This document shows positions 52,265-64,000 of a DNA stretch of 64,000 nucleotides, piece by piece (position 1 is the stretch's first letter; every line of letters starts with the position of its first letter). Source of the DNA: Adineta vaga (taxonomy: Eukaryota > Animalia > Rotifera). Location of the stretch: assembly GCA_021613535.1 (NCBI GenBank), contig CP075493.1, positions 4,588,001 through 4,652,000 on the forward strand, given 5' to 3'. The position numbers and the translations under genes are program-made. The notes beneath the pieces are model-generated. The model searched no databases, was not told the origin of the DNA, and was given only the letters and a program-made list of their open reading frames with translations.

Positions 52265-53090
52265 ATGATACTGATGGACAACAGTACAAATAACATCGAT
52301 TTTAATCCAACAATAATTAGTCGACCTAGTACAAATCCTCTACCTCATCGTGAACTTCTTCTTCCGAAAGTAATATACATTGATTAATTTAATGCAACTC
52401 TCTATTTCTTTTTCATCATAGAAATTGACAACTAAATTGGGCGGTCCTGGAATAGCACAAGACAGTAGTCTTTCATCAGATTCGAATAGTATCTATCGAC
52501 AAGTATGTATTTCATAAATTGATTGATAATTCTATATTTCTCTATTGACATCACATTGAACACAATTATTTCTTTTGGAAACACAAAAAGAAATCGTCAG
52601 TATTTCTTATCTTTTGTCTTTTTTAATTAAAAATAAGTTCTTCATAAGATTATCATCTTAGATAATATTTTTTAAAAAATTCCTTTGAAATAACCTATAA
52701 AAAACGAAGAACTAGATTGTTTGCTTTGTTAGATTGATTACATGAGTGGCAGTTGATGCGCTAGACATTTTTTGTATGCTATTCGTCGTTCTCTAACATC
52801 GATAGATATTTACGAATCGAATCATCATTTGCTGGTGTTTCCAACTGCTTCTCTTTCTTTTCTGTTAGATGCGTGTACAGAATTAACGAGCATTCGCATG
52901 CATGCGCATTCTCCTCCTCGGTCTCAGCGCGCTTCCATAGACACCTATTTGCTATAATCAAGCGCTTGCTAGTTGAGATAGCAGAACGAGGAAAAAAATG
53001 TCATCGTGTCTATACTCTCTCTCGAAACTATTGTTAGGCACAAGCAAAAGGGTGCGTGTCTTTCTATTTTTCTTCCTCTCTTGTATCCTA

Positions 53091-53122
<32 letters not shown>

Positions 53123-56100
53123 CTTCTCATAATCAACTAATATGTATGTAGCAGCACGATAAACAATTTCTCTTCTCGTTTCTGTACACATCAACGAAGG
53201 GATTCCATTTCTCACATAGTCGACGACGAAATAGATGTTAGAGCGTTTTGTTGTTCTATTAATTCAAAATTCTTCTTATCGTCGCGGAATATTCTTTCGA
53301 TTGCCTATTATCCAATTGAATGAGGGAACACTTTTTTTATTGGAAACTAAATAATAATGAAAACTAATCAAAATGCTTATGTCGTCTATTCGAAATATCA
53401 AACAATATTCAGCTGATAGTGCTTATTCCACAACAACGGCTGTAAGTTCTCTGCATGTAGTCGTATATTTTGCCTCTATCGTATTAAAGTGTAACACTCG
53501 TTAGTTGATGCTTTAGTCTATTTATTCATATTTTTAAGAAAATGATTTGTTCTTTTCAAATAAAACCCAAATTGCTTTTTCGATTGATTGACAGTTGAAG
53601 AATACAGGAAATCATACAATATAGTTGGACTTCATATTATTTCCCTTATTCATACCCATAGAAAACGAAGGAGCAGAAGAAAAATATATATATAAATGTA
53701 ACAAACACGTCTTCAGTGAAAATAGAATTACTTAAGACGAAACAAATGATCTTTTTTTTCTTCACATATATATATATAGATATATACATATATATTTATA
53801 TATAATATGAAAACAGTTGGTGCCAAAAAGTCTTTTTTTCTCTCTGTCGTTTAAAAAAAACTACCCAATTATGTCGTCGATCCGTCATCTTTTTCTTTCT
53901 CTTGTATCGCATGATGATCGATATTGACACCATTACTAGGTTGTTGCTTTTTGTCCTCTCGAGAGATTCGTTGTCTAATATATAAAAAAAAATGCAGTCG
54001 CCATCTAATCGGAGATTTTTGTTCTGTTATACCATCTGTTACCGTTGTTCGAGCAAAAATGAGAGAATGAGAGAAACATTGTTGTTTTGATAAATGTCAG
54101 ATCGTCGTCGTCGTTCTTCTCCTTCACGCTTTCGCTTAGCCCAACATCGATTTCTGGATGCCAACAACCGATATTCCAGTAGTACTAATTCTCTTCATCA
54201 ACAATCGTTCTTGCAACAAAACGAGAAAATTGTACGTAGAATTAGAGAGGGAGAGAGAGAGAGAAAGAGAAAAGAAAAGAAAGGCCTAAACAGAACAATA
54301 ATAAGCTATTAGTAATGGATCAACAATTAAAAACTCCGAACTGATTGATAATACTGATAGTAAAGATAATTGCGACCAAAGAGACGCCGTTGGTTACTGT
54401 TGTTGATTAATGCAAAAAATAAATCATTGATCAATTATTTTCAAAAGTTACTACGCAAAAAAAACACCAGTATTTTGATAATCTTTTTTTTTTCTTTTGG
54501 CTATTGTTAATGATTTCATATAGCCTTACTAAGAAATAGAACTCATTGTTGAATGTATTAATAGGATTGTCTACAAATAAATTAATTCAATTAATCTTTT
54601 GCATAGAACTATATGTTAATTGTGTCGAAACTACTATCCATTTTTTTTTCATCTCTTTATGTTAACCCTGGATGAAGGAACTGTCATGTGGAAAATATTG
54701 ATTGAATTTATTTTCAGGGCTCGGCTGAATCGAATTATAGCCAACAATCATCAGAGAGTCTAGATGGTGATACAGCTGAAAGAGAACGTGATTTAGCAAC
54801 AACTGCACCTTCAACTGGTTTATCATCAACAAAACCTCGTGATCAAACACGTTCAGCAACTGATGCACTCGAACGTTGTAAAACCAAACCAGTTGCTTTC
54901 GCTGTTCGAACCAATATTGAATATACACCATCACCTGATGATTTATGCCCTATTGCTAAAGGAGCTATTGCTTTTCCAGCAAAAGAATTTCTTCATATAA
55001 AAGATGTATGATCTATTATTTTTATCAGTAGAAATGAGAGAGGTTTAATTCGAATTCTATTTAGAAATTTAATAATGATTGGTGGATTGGTCGATTAGTA
55101 AAAGTTGATGCACAACTTGGTTTCATACCAAGTCCAGCAAAATTAGAAACGATTCGTATACAATCGACGCGAAAAACTAAAAATCAACCACAATCCTTAG
55201 CAAATACTACGTCACGTATCAAAGCGTCGACACAAAGTATTTACAAAACAATGAGTTATTTCAAACTAATGGTGATTTTTGTTTTCTAGGTCTTGATATT
55301 ATTGATCAGAATATTCCAGGATTTGGTGATGATCTTTTAGGCAATGATGGTGATGGTGATAGTCTTGGAAAATCAAAATTAAATCTCAATGTTAATAAAG
55401 ATAAAAAGAAACCTTTTTTTAAAAAGGTAAATAGAAAATATTTCGTTGAAAATCAAATACGAGATAAAGATAAACAATTTTTCTTTTTTGTTTGAATTGA
55501 CCTTAATTTACTTTCGGTAGTAACATTAAAGAAAAAAGATGTATTGACATAAATAGAATTAATGTAGACAATTATTTACCGTTTATCTTGTGTATTTATA
55601 GGCTGTAAACATTACTCCTTATGATGTTGTTCCAAATATGCGTCCTGTTGTACTTGTTGGTCCGTCTTTAAAAGGCTATGATGTAACTGATATGATGCAA
55701 AAAGCTGTGTTCGATTTTCTAAAACATCGTTATGAAGGTCGAATTATTATTACACGTGTGACAGCGGATATATCGCTTGCTAAACGTGGCCTTCTAAATA
55801 ATCCGTCGAAAATCGCACTTATCGAACGTGGTGCACCATCTAATGCTACGGGTAGTTCATCAGGCGTTTCATCAAGTATGTCAAGTCCAATGGGTACTAC
55901 ACGTTCAACTGGTATCAAAGAAGTTCATGATGAAATTGAACGTATATTTGAATTAGCACGAAGTTTACAATTAGTAGTACTTGATTGTGATACAATAAAT
56001 CATCCAGCTCAATTACAGAAAACATCTCTTGCACCAATTATTGTCTATTTAAAAGTTGCATCACCTAAAGTTCTCCAAAAATTAATTAAATCACGAGGAA

Positions 56101-56721
56101 AAAGTCAACATAGAAATTTAAATGTTCAATTAGTTGCTGCTGATAAATTAACACAATGTTCACCGGTAAATATTTATGCAAGAAAAAAAATATATATATT
56201 CTAAATGAATTACAAATATTATTCTATTTTAGGATATGTTTGATTTAGTCTTAGAACAAAATCAATTAGAAGATGCTTGTAATACTTTAACAAATTTCTT
56301 GGATAATTATTGGAGTGCTACACATCCAAAACTAGATGATAAGAATGATTTAACACATGACACAACACATCTGCCACCACGTCCAGCCGCTAGTCTAATC
56401 GCTCATCTACCACAAATGAATCCTCTTGGTTCACCTCCTGTTGTGACAACAACAGCAACAACTACAACTAATCGTCTTCTTCCATCATCGCCACTTGTTA
56501 ATGATATCACACAGTCACATTTATTACCTCAACGAACACCATCACAATTATCAACTAATCGATATGGACCTGGAAATATGGGAGGTGGTGGTCTTTCACA
56601 ACGTCGACCATCCTCTACAATGACTCCCGATTATTATCGGCAAGCACCACCACAACAGCCATCTGGACCTGGATATGATGACGATCGTTTTGCCCACTAT
56701 GAAATGGCTAATTTTCGATAG
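52265..56721 (+). CDS. CACNB: Voltage-gated calcium channel beta subunit (SH3-HOOK-GK), alternative first exons
   Basis: Common exon from 54718: GSAESNYSQ...[10 protein letters not shown]...FLHIKD|[13 protein letters not shown]...[39 protein letters not shown]; GK domain [17 protein letters not shown]. Confidence 0.95.
53092..53128. repeat. (TTC)n microsatellite in the CACNB 5' region
   Basis: ttcttcttcttcttcttcttcttt; it explains the poly-Lys in spurious ORF 52958-53215. Confidence 0.8.
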
Positions 56722-56893
56722 TCATCCAGTCGTTATATTTTCTTTCTTTCTTTCTTTCTTTCTTTTTTATACTCAACAAGTGTTGATCACTTATATCTGA
56801 ATGCAAGCTCATTCATCGACCTTCTGTCACCCTTCTGTTCTAGTCATTGTCGATTTCTTTCTTGTGGTCTCAGTGCCTAAGATTGATTCTTAG

Positions 56894-56965
56894 CTCTCTC
56901 TCTCTCTCTGTCTCTTTTCTTTCTTCTTTCATAGTAACCGTCAGCGTTTTCTTTCTCTCTCTCTT
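56894..56965. repeat. (CT)n microsatellites in the CACNB 3' UTR
   Basis: ctctctctctctctct runs. Confidence 0.75.
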
Positions 56966-57956
56966 TCTTTTGTTCTTTGTGTGTATTTTTTTGCAATTTG
57001 TACACAAATACATCATTAAATAATTTTTCTCGAAAAATGAAATTTAAAAAAATAATAAAGATATTTGTATGATCTCCAATCGTAGTAGTTTGATTGACCC
57101 TTGTACCTAACATTAAAAGATACGACATAAATCAGAAAAAAACAATCCCTAATGGAAATCAGAAAAGTTTTCCAGTCATTTCCGATTAAATATGCCATAA
57201 AGTTCTGGTGATTTCCGATACAATTATTCGTGAACTGACGATTGTATCCGGAGATTGACTGTATGTATAAACGAGGGATCGAAGTTGTTATCTACTTCAT
57301 ATCGACTATTTCTATAGATATTCCATACATTTATGCCATCATGTTTTATAGTTACAGCCGAATGATGATTCAATATGAATCAATCGCATTTCTGTTGTAT
57401 ATCTAAGATTATGTAAATAAAATAAGTCACGAAATGTAAATTCTTCTTATCTGTATGACAAACGTGGAAGATTTACAAAAGACAGAGACAGAGAGAGAAA
57501 AAATAATGATAGCCGACGAATGACAAATGTATATGTTCAAAAACTTTCATCTGAATAATTAATAAATTAGAGTAAACAATGAGAACACATCATCACATAA
57601 TTTTTGCCTTTTTTCATAATAAAATAACAAATACAACTTTGCTTTCAGAGAATTTCTCGTGTCACAAATGCTGTCAACTTTCTTCCTCCTATGTGTTTTT
57701 GTCTCATCGATAAGTTGAAGAAAAGATGTATGGAGTTTGTCTACTGAAACTTGATGAAAATGTCAATTTCTTCAAAAATAATGACGTCTTATATTTTTCT
57801 TTTTGAAAAGAGAAAAAGAAGAAATAGAAGAAGGAGCAAAAAAACCTGTAAACAATTACACATCATTCTCTTTCGGTTGACAAAACCGACGAACGTCTAT
57901 CGCAAGAGTAGAAATTTTTCTTTTCTTTATTTTCAAATAACAAGATCGATCAAATT

Positions 57957-60708
57957 ATGTCGAAAACAAAGTAAATTATGTCTTTACTATTAAAACAATA
58001 TACTCAAAAGTAAGATTCGTTGTAGAAAATTAACTAAAAAACAATGGCATTCTGCGCTAAAGACAGATCATAATCATCAACATTCAACCCAAGTCGGTTT
58101 AGTAAATTCGATGTTATATCAATAAAATACTATTGTTTCTCGATATATTTATTAGATTGATCATCAAGTAGAGATCATCTCAAGAGATCAATATAAACGT
58201 CAATCTAGAACACAACATACTTCGAAAAGGTAATCAGCTTCGTCTCTCATTTGTCCTTATTTCAAAATGGTTGATCTTTCAATTATGATTTAGTAAACAA
58301 AGTCATTCAAAATCTCCCGGTCGAACGAAAACTTCTCAATCAAAAGTACGAGTTTGATTAGGATTATTATTATCTATTCTAAAATCGTGTAGAAAGGAAA
58401 AGATTCTTCGGTTCGATCTCGATCTCAATCTCCTGATCAGCTTGAAATTGATCAATCTCAACAAGTAACTTCGTTCGAAAATAAAAGATTTTCAATTTTA
58501 TGTTGATGTTTCTTTCTATTAGACATATAAATCAAAAACTTCAGCACGCTCATCATCATCGAAACAATCCACATGCATACCGAATGTTTTACTCAGTCGG
58601 AATGTCACTCCTCGGGTACGATTCAATTCCATTAGAAGAAAAAAAAAGGAATGTCTTTGATTAAGTTTCATGAAAGATTTATTTAAACAACAGTTTTTTT
58701 ATTGACATAAAGAAAGAAAATATGAAAACATTTTGACAGCCATGTGTATAGAGTTAAACGTGAAGGGTTGCAAAGAAATATTTCTTGTATATAGATCTTT
58801 CCTCCTGGTGAACGATGTATGATCAACATGATGTATTTTGGATCTGAATTAAAAGTTGAATATGATCGTGAATGGTTTGAACCTGATGGCGAAGAAATAA
58901 TTGTTATGCAACAACATTGTGGAGGTGAAAATCTTGTTGCTTTCAAAGGTTTTCTTAAACCAAAAGGTAATTTGATTGATGAGAGAAATGTTCATGTGGA
59001 AAACGAATGCTTCATGTATTTTTTTTATTTTTTTTAGACATCTTTTCATTTGAATCCGCACGACAAACGGATTATCCATTTGCATTAACATGTTTCATTA
59101 ATGGAACGATGTATAATCGTTTGTCACTTTGTTGTGAATCAAGATGTAAAAATGGAATGAGAATTGGTGGTAGACATGGTATGTTTTGTATTATTGATGT
59201 TCAGAAAGAAAAACCATGTCGAAGGTATGTTATCTTGAATCATTATTCGTTTCTATTACTGCCATACTATACTCTTAAGATGTCGATACGAAAAGCGTAT
59301 GAAGAAATTGATGGAAGATGACGGAAAATCATCCGTATGTTTTTATATTATTTGAATTTTATTTTTTTATTTCAAATAATTTACTTAGACTTCAAGTGAA
59401 AGACAGCTTTGTCCAAAATCGACGAAGTCTTCAAGATTACGTTCGAAATCACCTGCCGTTCGCGAAGAAAATTCTACATCAAATACAAACTCGAAAAAAC
59501 TTGTACGATCTACCACAGCACCAACTACTTCGAAATCAGTTACTCACTCCAAATCTCATTCGAGGAAAAATGACACTTCGAAAGAGAGTTCGGATTCATT
59601 TGACTCTGATTCATCAAATGGTAAACCAGATGCTACTCGCAAACTAAATACTGACACACCTGCACCAACTTCAAATCCACATGATTCTGATGCTTCCGTT
59701 CAAGAGTTATCACACGTTCGATCGTCAAGTTCAGAGGCTTTTACTTCTCATAATCCTAATCCAGAAGGAACTCAAGCTTATCGAAAAAATTCAGATTCAT
59801 CTGATTCTGAGTCGTCGAGTAGAAAGGTAGCTGCTTCTCGTAAACTGAACGCTAACACACCTGCGCCGACTTCACATCAAGATGATTCTGATGTTTCCGT
59901 TCAAGAGCTATCACAATTTCGATCTTCAAGTTCAGAAGCTTTTACTTTTCACAATTCCAATCCGAAAGAGACTAGAACTTCTGAAAAAGATTCAAATTCA
60001 TCTGACTCTGATTCATCAAGTGGTAAACCAGTTACTTCTCGAAAACTGAATGATAATACGACTAGAACTCTTACGCCACTTCCACATTCAGATAGTTTGA
60101 ATACATCGCCTCAAAGACAATCACCGTTACGAACATCAAGTCCAGATTCAGAAGGTAATCAATCATTCAAGTATGAACGAATGATCATATTCCCTTCTGT
60201 TCATAGAACGACCTCAATCACCAAGAAAACTAATGGTAAACTAAAACATTGTTATCATCAGAAGATTATTTTATCTTATGACTATTTCTAGTCCACTCAG
60301 CAAACAAATTCAAATGGCAAATATAATAGTAGAACTTAGAGAAAAAACGATTTCTTTTTTCTTTAAATTTTCTTGTTTCTTTTAGCCATTTCTTCACTTG
60401 TACAAAAACTAGGGAACAATGACTCATCAACGGCTTCACATACTGTATGTTTCGATTGAAAATAAACGTTCTTTAAAATCATATTTTCAGAACGACAATG
60501 AACCAAGCAGTTCACCGTCCTCAACTATTTCCAATACTGGTCGTAACACAAGTTAGCTAAATGATTCATTAGAGTATTAAATCAAATATCTTTTCTAGCT
60601 AACGATCAAGTTTATCCATGGATGAACCATCAACGAAGACAAAGTGATGAAGATAATCAACGAGATGCTGATGATTCAGATAATGACAACAAAGCTTATT
60701 TCAAATGA
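57957..60708 (+). CDS. ERICH3/DUF4590-domain protein with Ser-rich repetitive tail (multi-exon, boundaries approximate)
   Basis: IIVMQQHCGGENLVAFKGFLKP|DIFSFESARQTDYPFALTCFING...RLSLCCE...RIGGRHG.F...KPCR|RC is the DUF4590 pattern; many short introns. Confidence 0.75.
59585..60050 (+). repeat. 201-bp (67-codon) degenerate tandem repeat, about 2.3 copies, within coding exon
   Basis: gattctgatg(c/t)ttccgttcaagag at 59683 and 59884; tcaagttcaga(g/a)gcttttactt and gactctgattcatcaa recur with the same period. Confidence 0.8.
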
Positions 60709-61243
60709 ATACTTCTCTTGAATGATCAGTGAACAAATATGAAAATTGCAAAAGAGACAATCTACTGAAGATATTTATCTATTTTAAACCTTCATAATAA
60801 ATATATGAACCAGCCATTTGTTTTCTACGCTTAAATTTCAGATCATACCTAATGAATTTTCTTCTTTTATTATTTTTTGAAATCTTTCGATGTAGTAACC
60901 AAGTGTTTGAGAAGAATATTTAATAGTTGAAAAGAAAAGTACATGCTGACAGAAAAAGAAGAAAAAAATAAACAAACAACTCATGTATTTTGACATGAAA
61001 ATTGGTTATTTTCATTTTTTTTCGTTTCTTTTAATAGTCGTGTGGAATAAGGTAAAATACACACATCGGTTTATTGTTAAGTGAAAAAAAAGCCATATTT
61101 TCATGAAAAATAACGCTAATATCATGTATAATAACCGACATCTTTATAATTTCTTTTCTCTCCATTAAAAAACGTTTGGTCTTCAATCCGCTTCAAGTTC
61201 TTTCAATTCATAATTATACTTAAAAATATTCTTCAGATATCCA

Positions 61244-62959
61244 ATGTTTAAAGATATTTCATCTCGAACTTTGCTCATCATCATTATCATCTTAATAGGT
61301 CTTATCTATATAATCTATCATATTTATATTTTAAAACCATTCATTGTACCATCCTATCAAGCAGTTAGAAATCATTCTTTATTGCTCAGTAGTGGTAATG
61401 AAGGATGGATCTCATCATCACTCGATGATCAATTTCGTTCTTATGCTTATTCACGAAAAAATACAATTGGAAAAATTACAAAACAAATCTATGTCTATAA
61501 AGATAATGCTACTACTCCGCCATTGAATTATGATTATATACAATATATAAAGAGACCGAATTCATCATTTCATCCATATTCAACTTGGAAATGTTCAAAC
61601 ACATCTGTTACTGATTTTGAAAATGCTGGTGAATATTGTATCTTAACTAATATCTATTATGATTCAAGTATTGATCAATATTATTTCTTTCAAGATCCAT
61701 CGGATAACCGAACAATGAATCAACGAACTAAATTTAAAACACCTGCTGATGATATAGAACTATTTAATATTACCGATATGACGTTTTTCAAAAGTCCGAT
61801 TACTGCAATTTTGAAACGACCTGTTTTAGTTGCTATTCCACCTGATTTAAACTATGCACATGGATTTCTCGAAACTTGTGGACCACGATTTTGGGTTTTG
61901 GCTGAATGTCAATCTCATGCATCGTATATAAATCCGAAGACCATACAAATCTACTATACATCTAGTATGTTCAATGTTCATCCACCGAATTGGAAACTTT
62001 ATCAACGCCGATCTGATGGATCTTATCAAGCTGTGAGATATTGGGAACGATTAATTCATTCGATGTTTTCTATTTATCCTCTATTAACTTATAAATCATT
62101 TGATAATAGATTTGTAATGTTTAAATACATGATTTTTCCTGGTCGACAATTAGGTCGATCGGCAGCATGGGGATATTCTTATCTGGGACGAAACTTTCAA
62201 TCATACCCATTATCTACTGTACATTATCGTCGAGCATATTTAGCATATTCAGAATGGATTTTATATCATTTTAGTTTACCATCGAAATTTGAATTAACAT
62301 CAAGTCAAAAAGAATTACAGGAGACAAAACAATTCGAACAAATTCCTCTATGTAATGGATCATGTTCAAGTAAACGACCAATTATATCTAATAGTAATTA
62401 TACCGGTGAATGGATTGTTGTATTAAATCGTCGTGGGATGAATAATCGTGAAATTTATAATGCAGATCAATTAGTTCAAGCTTTATTAGAAACATTTCCT
62501 GATCATTCTAATCCATATTTACGTGTTTGGCCAGAGGTATTTTATTTCAATGATAACTTCTATGATATCGTACGTATGTCTAGATCAATTCGATTATTAA
62601 TTGGAGTTCATGGTGCTGGTCTAGCGAATAGTTTATTTATGAGACCAGCAGCTATTCTTTATGAAATCAATTCATATGGTTGTCGTGATTTATCATTTAA
62701 TTTTCGTCGATGGGCTGAAGTTTTTAATCTTCAACATGCTCTTTGGATTCCATCGAAAAGAAAAGCCAACTCAGACCAATCTTGTTATCGAGAAACTGGA
62801 ACAGAAGTAAATATTAAAGAAATTATCGATGAAGTGAAAAATTTATTGAAGAATGAAATTGAATATCGAAGTGGATATTTAAAACGAGCCTTGGATATAA
62901 TGAATGATATGTCAATCGTTGATTATCCTCCAACTGGATATGAAAATGTTTTATCATAA
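61244..62959 (+). CDS. Type II membrane glycosyltransferase family 61 (DUF563; EOGT/POMGNT2-like), intronless
   Basis: N-terminal TM; NYAH; C-terminal LLIGVHGAGLANSLFM signature; YEI. Confidence 0.85.
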   Translation: MFKDISSRTLLIIIIILIGLIYIIYHIYILKPFIVPSYQAVRNHSLLLSSGNEGWISSSLDDQFRSYAYSRKNTIGKITKQIYVYKDNATTPPLNYDYIQYIKRPNSSFHPYSTWKCSNTSVTDFENAGEYCILTNIYYDSSIDQYYFFQDPSDNRTMNQRTKFKTPADDIELFNITDMTFFKSPITAILKRPVLVAIPPDLNYAHGFLETCGPRFWVLAECQSHASYINPKTIQIYYTSSMFNVHPPNWKLYQRRSDGSYQAVRYWERLIHSMFSIYPLLTYKSFDNRFVMFKYMIFPGRQLGRSAAWGYSYLGRNFQSYPLSTVHYRRAYLAYSEWILYHFSLPSKFELTSSQKELQETKQFEQIPLCNGSCSSKRPIISNSNYTGEWIVVLNRRGMNNREIYNADQLVQALLETFPDHSNPYLRVWPEVFYFNDNFYDIVRMSRSIRLLIGVHGAGLANSLFMRPAAILYEINSYGCRDLSFNFRRWAEVFNLQHALWIPSKRKANSDQSCYRETGTEVNIKEIIDEVKNLLKNEIEYRSGYLKRALDIMNDMSIVDYPPTGYENVLS

Positions 62960-63129
62960 TTTGTTTTTTTCGACAAAGTTTATAGAATAGACTAGATGAT
63001 CGAACGAAATGAAACACTAGCACATGGTAAATCTCTTGTATATATCTTTGTTCATGTGTTTTACACTATCTAAGCATTTTCAAATTTACAAAAATATTAG
63101 TGCCTTCTTCCATCATCGCCACTTGTTAA

Positions 63130-63520
63130 TCCGTTCAGGACGGGCGGCCACTATAGTGGCCACTGATTGTTTTTGAACAGTGAAACGCTATTCATTAGCG
63201 ATCAGAAAAAGCTGCGTATGTATCATAATATACCTAGCGTAATGACATATATCTGATGTCATTTTCTTGATCAGTCATACTTTTTTCTCTTCACGAAGAT
63301 GCATTGTCTACAGTACGACTAGCAAACGGTCCAAAAAACGTTCTCGTACTAAGTATGAATGTTCTGAGTGTGATGTAGGTTTATGTGTTGCAAATTGTTT
63401 TCGAGAATATCATACATTGCAATCGTATTAATAAACTTGAAGGAAGAAAAGAATAAATTAATTCTTAAATTTTCTCTTCCATATGTTTTTTTCACGAAAA
63501 ATAATCCCGTCCTAAATGGG
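63130..63520 (+). mobile_element. Non-autonomous piggyBac element (internal deletion derivative)
   Basis: TTAA at 63126-63129 and 63521-63524. Imperfect 15-bp TIRs tccgttcaggacggg vs cccatttaggacggg (reverse complement of right end). Internal remnant RRCIVYSTT...RTKYECSECDVGLCVANCFREYH is a piggyBac transposase C-terminal Cys-rich domain. Confidence 0.85.
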
Positions 63521-63735
63521 TTAATAACATAAATTGCGTTTTCTCTCTCTCTCTCTCTCTTTTTCTTTCACCATTTTAAGTTTATGTAAACGATAGATGT
63601 TATAATGTGTTGTTATTGATAGTATAATAATCAATTCAAATTGTGAGTAACAAAGAATCGTTTCCGGTTTGTATTCTTTAGCAGTATTATAAACTTTTGT
63701 TATTTTAACATTTGATTATTTGTTTGAAAATAGTT

Positions 63736-64000
63736 TTAATTTCGAATTGAAGCACGTTTAATAGTTTCATAAAGTGTCATCATAAGAACAGAATTTGGTA
63801 TAACAATACTTGTACGAGGTATTGAACCAGAAAAAAGACCTTTAAAACCTCTTTTTTCTATAAGAATAACAAATGTTTTCGAAAGTGACTGTCTTGTAGA
63901 TGCAACTTGTAAACGTGTTTTTAAAACATCAAATGGTTATGTTAATAATGATGTTAAAAGTGCTGCTATTGTTGATGATAATGGACTAATCATTTGATCA
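63736..64000 (-). pseudogene. 3' end of a mitochondrial carrier (SLC25, SLC25A44-like) with an in-frame TAA; runs off the window
   Basis: SSTIAALLTSLLT*PFDVLKTRLQVASTRQSLSKTFVILIEKRGFKGLFSGSIPR...LYETIKRASIRN*. Px[DE]xx[KR]x[RK] signature; stop at 63937-63939. Confidence 0.7.

Noticed and set aside
52958-53215. Poly-Lys ORF
   Set aside because: It is the translation of a (TTC)n microsatellite in the CACNB 5' region.
1-64000. Prokaryotic systems (CRISPR arrays, operons, prophage), rRNA or tRNA genes
   Set aside because: No repeat-spacer array, cloverleaf or rRNA-like sequence was seen. Spliceosomal introns and metazoan genes show this is animal nuclear DNA.

Overview
AT-rich eukaryotic genomic DNA, gene-dense, with very short (about 45-70 nt) GT-AG introns. 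It mixes clearly metazoan genes (MTR methionine synthase, NADPH oxidase, AGTRAP, CACNB calcium-channel beta subunit, ERICH3/DUF4590, SLC33A1-like and SLC25 carriers) with intron-poor orphan 7TM receptors, F-box/LRR-like genes and a giant LDLa-EGF-7TM gene. This mix is what I would expect of a bdelloid rotifer (Adineta/Rotaria-like); the taxon is an inference. The most notable part is an ~17 kb block (about 20.3-37.0 kb) of mostly non-metazoan-looking, intron-poor genes, many secreted or membrane-anchored. It holds two copies of a fungal-type 88-aa membrane protein that bracket two potato-inhibitor-I protease inhibitors, a TIR relic, an aldos-2-ulose dehydratase/isomerase (AUDH, anhydrofructose/microthecin pathway) with a predicted signal peptide, and a processive-type GT2. 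These are followed by a beta-lactamase-fold hydrolase, a GH-D-like glycosidase, and an adjacent 5'-nucleotidase plus S1/P1 nuclease pair. I read this as a candidate horizontally acquired defence/scavenging island. Near the right end is a 391-bp non-autonomous piggyBac element whose left junction carries an exact 27-nt copy of a CACNB exon. All family calls come from motif recognition by eye; no database searches were run.
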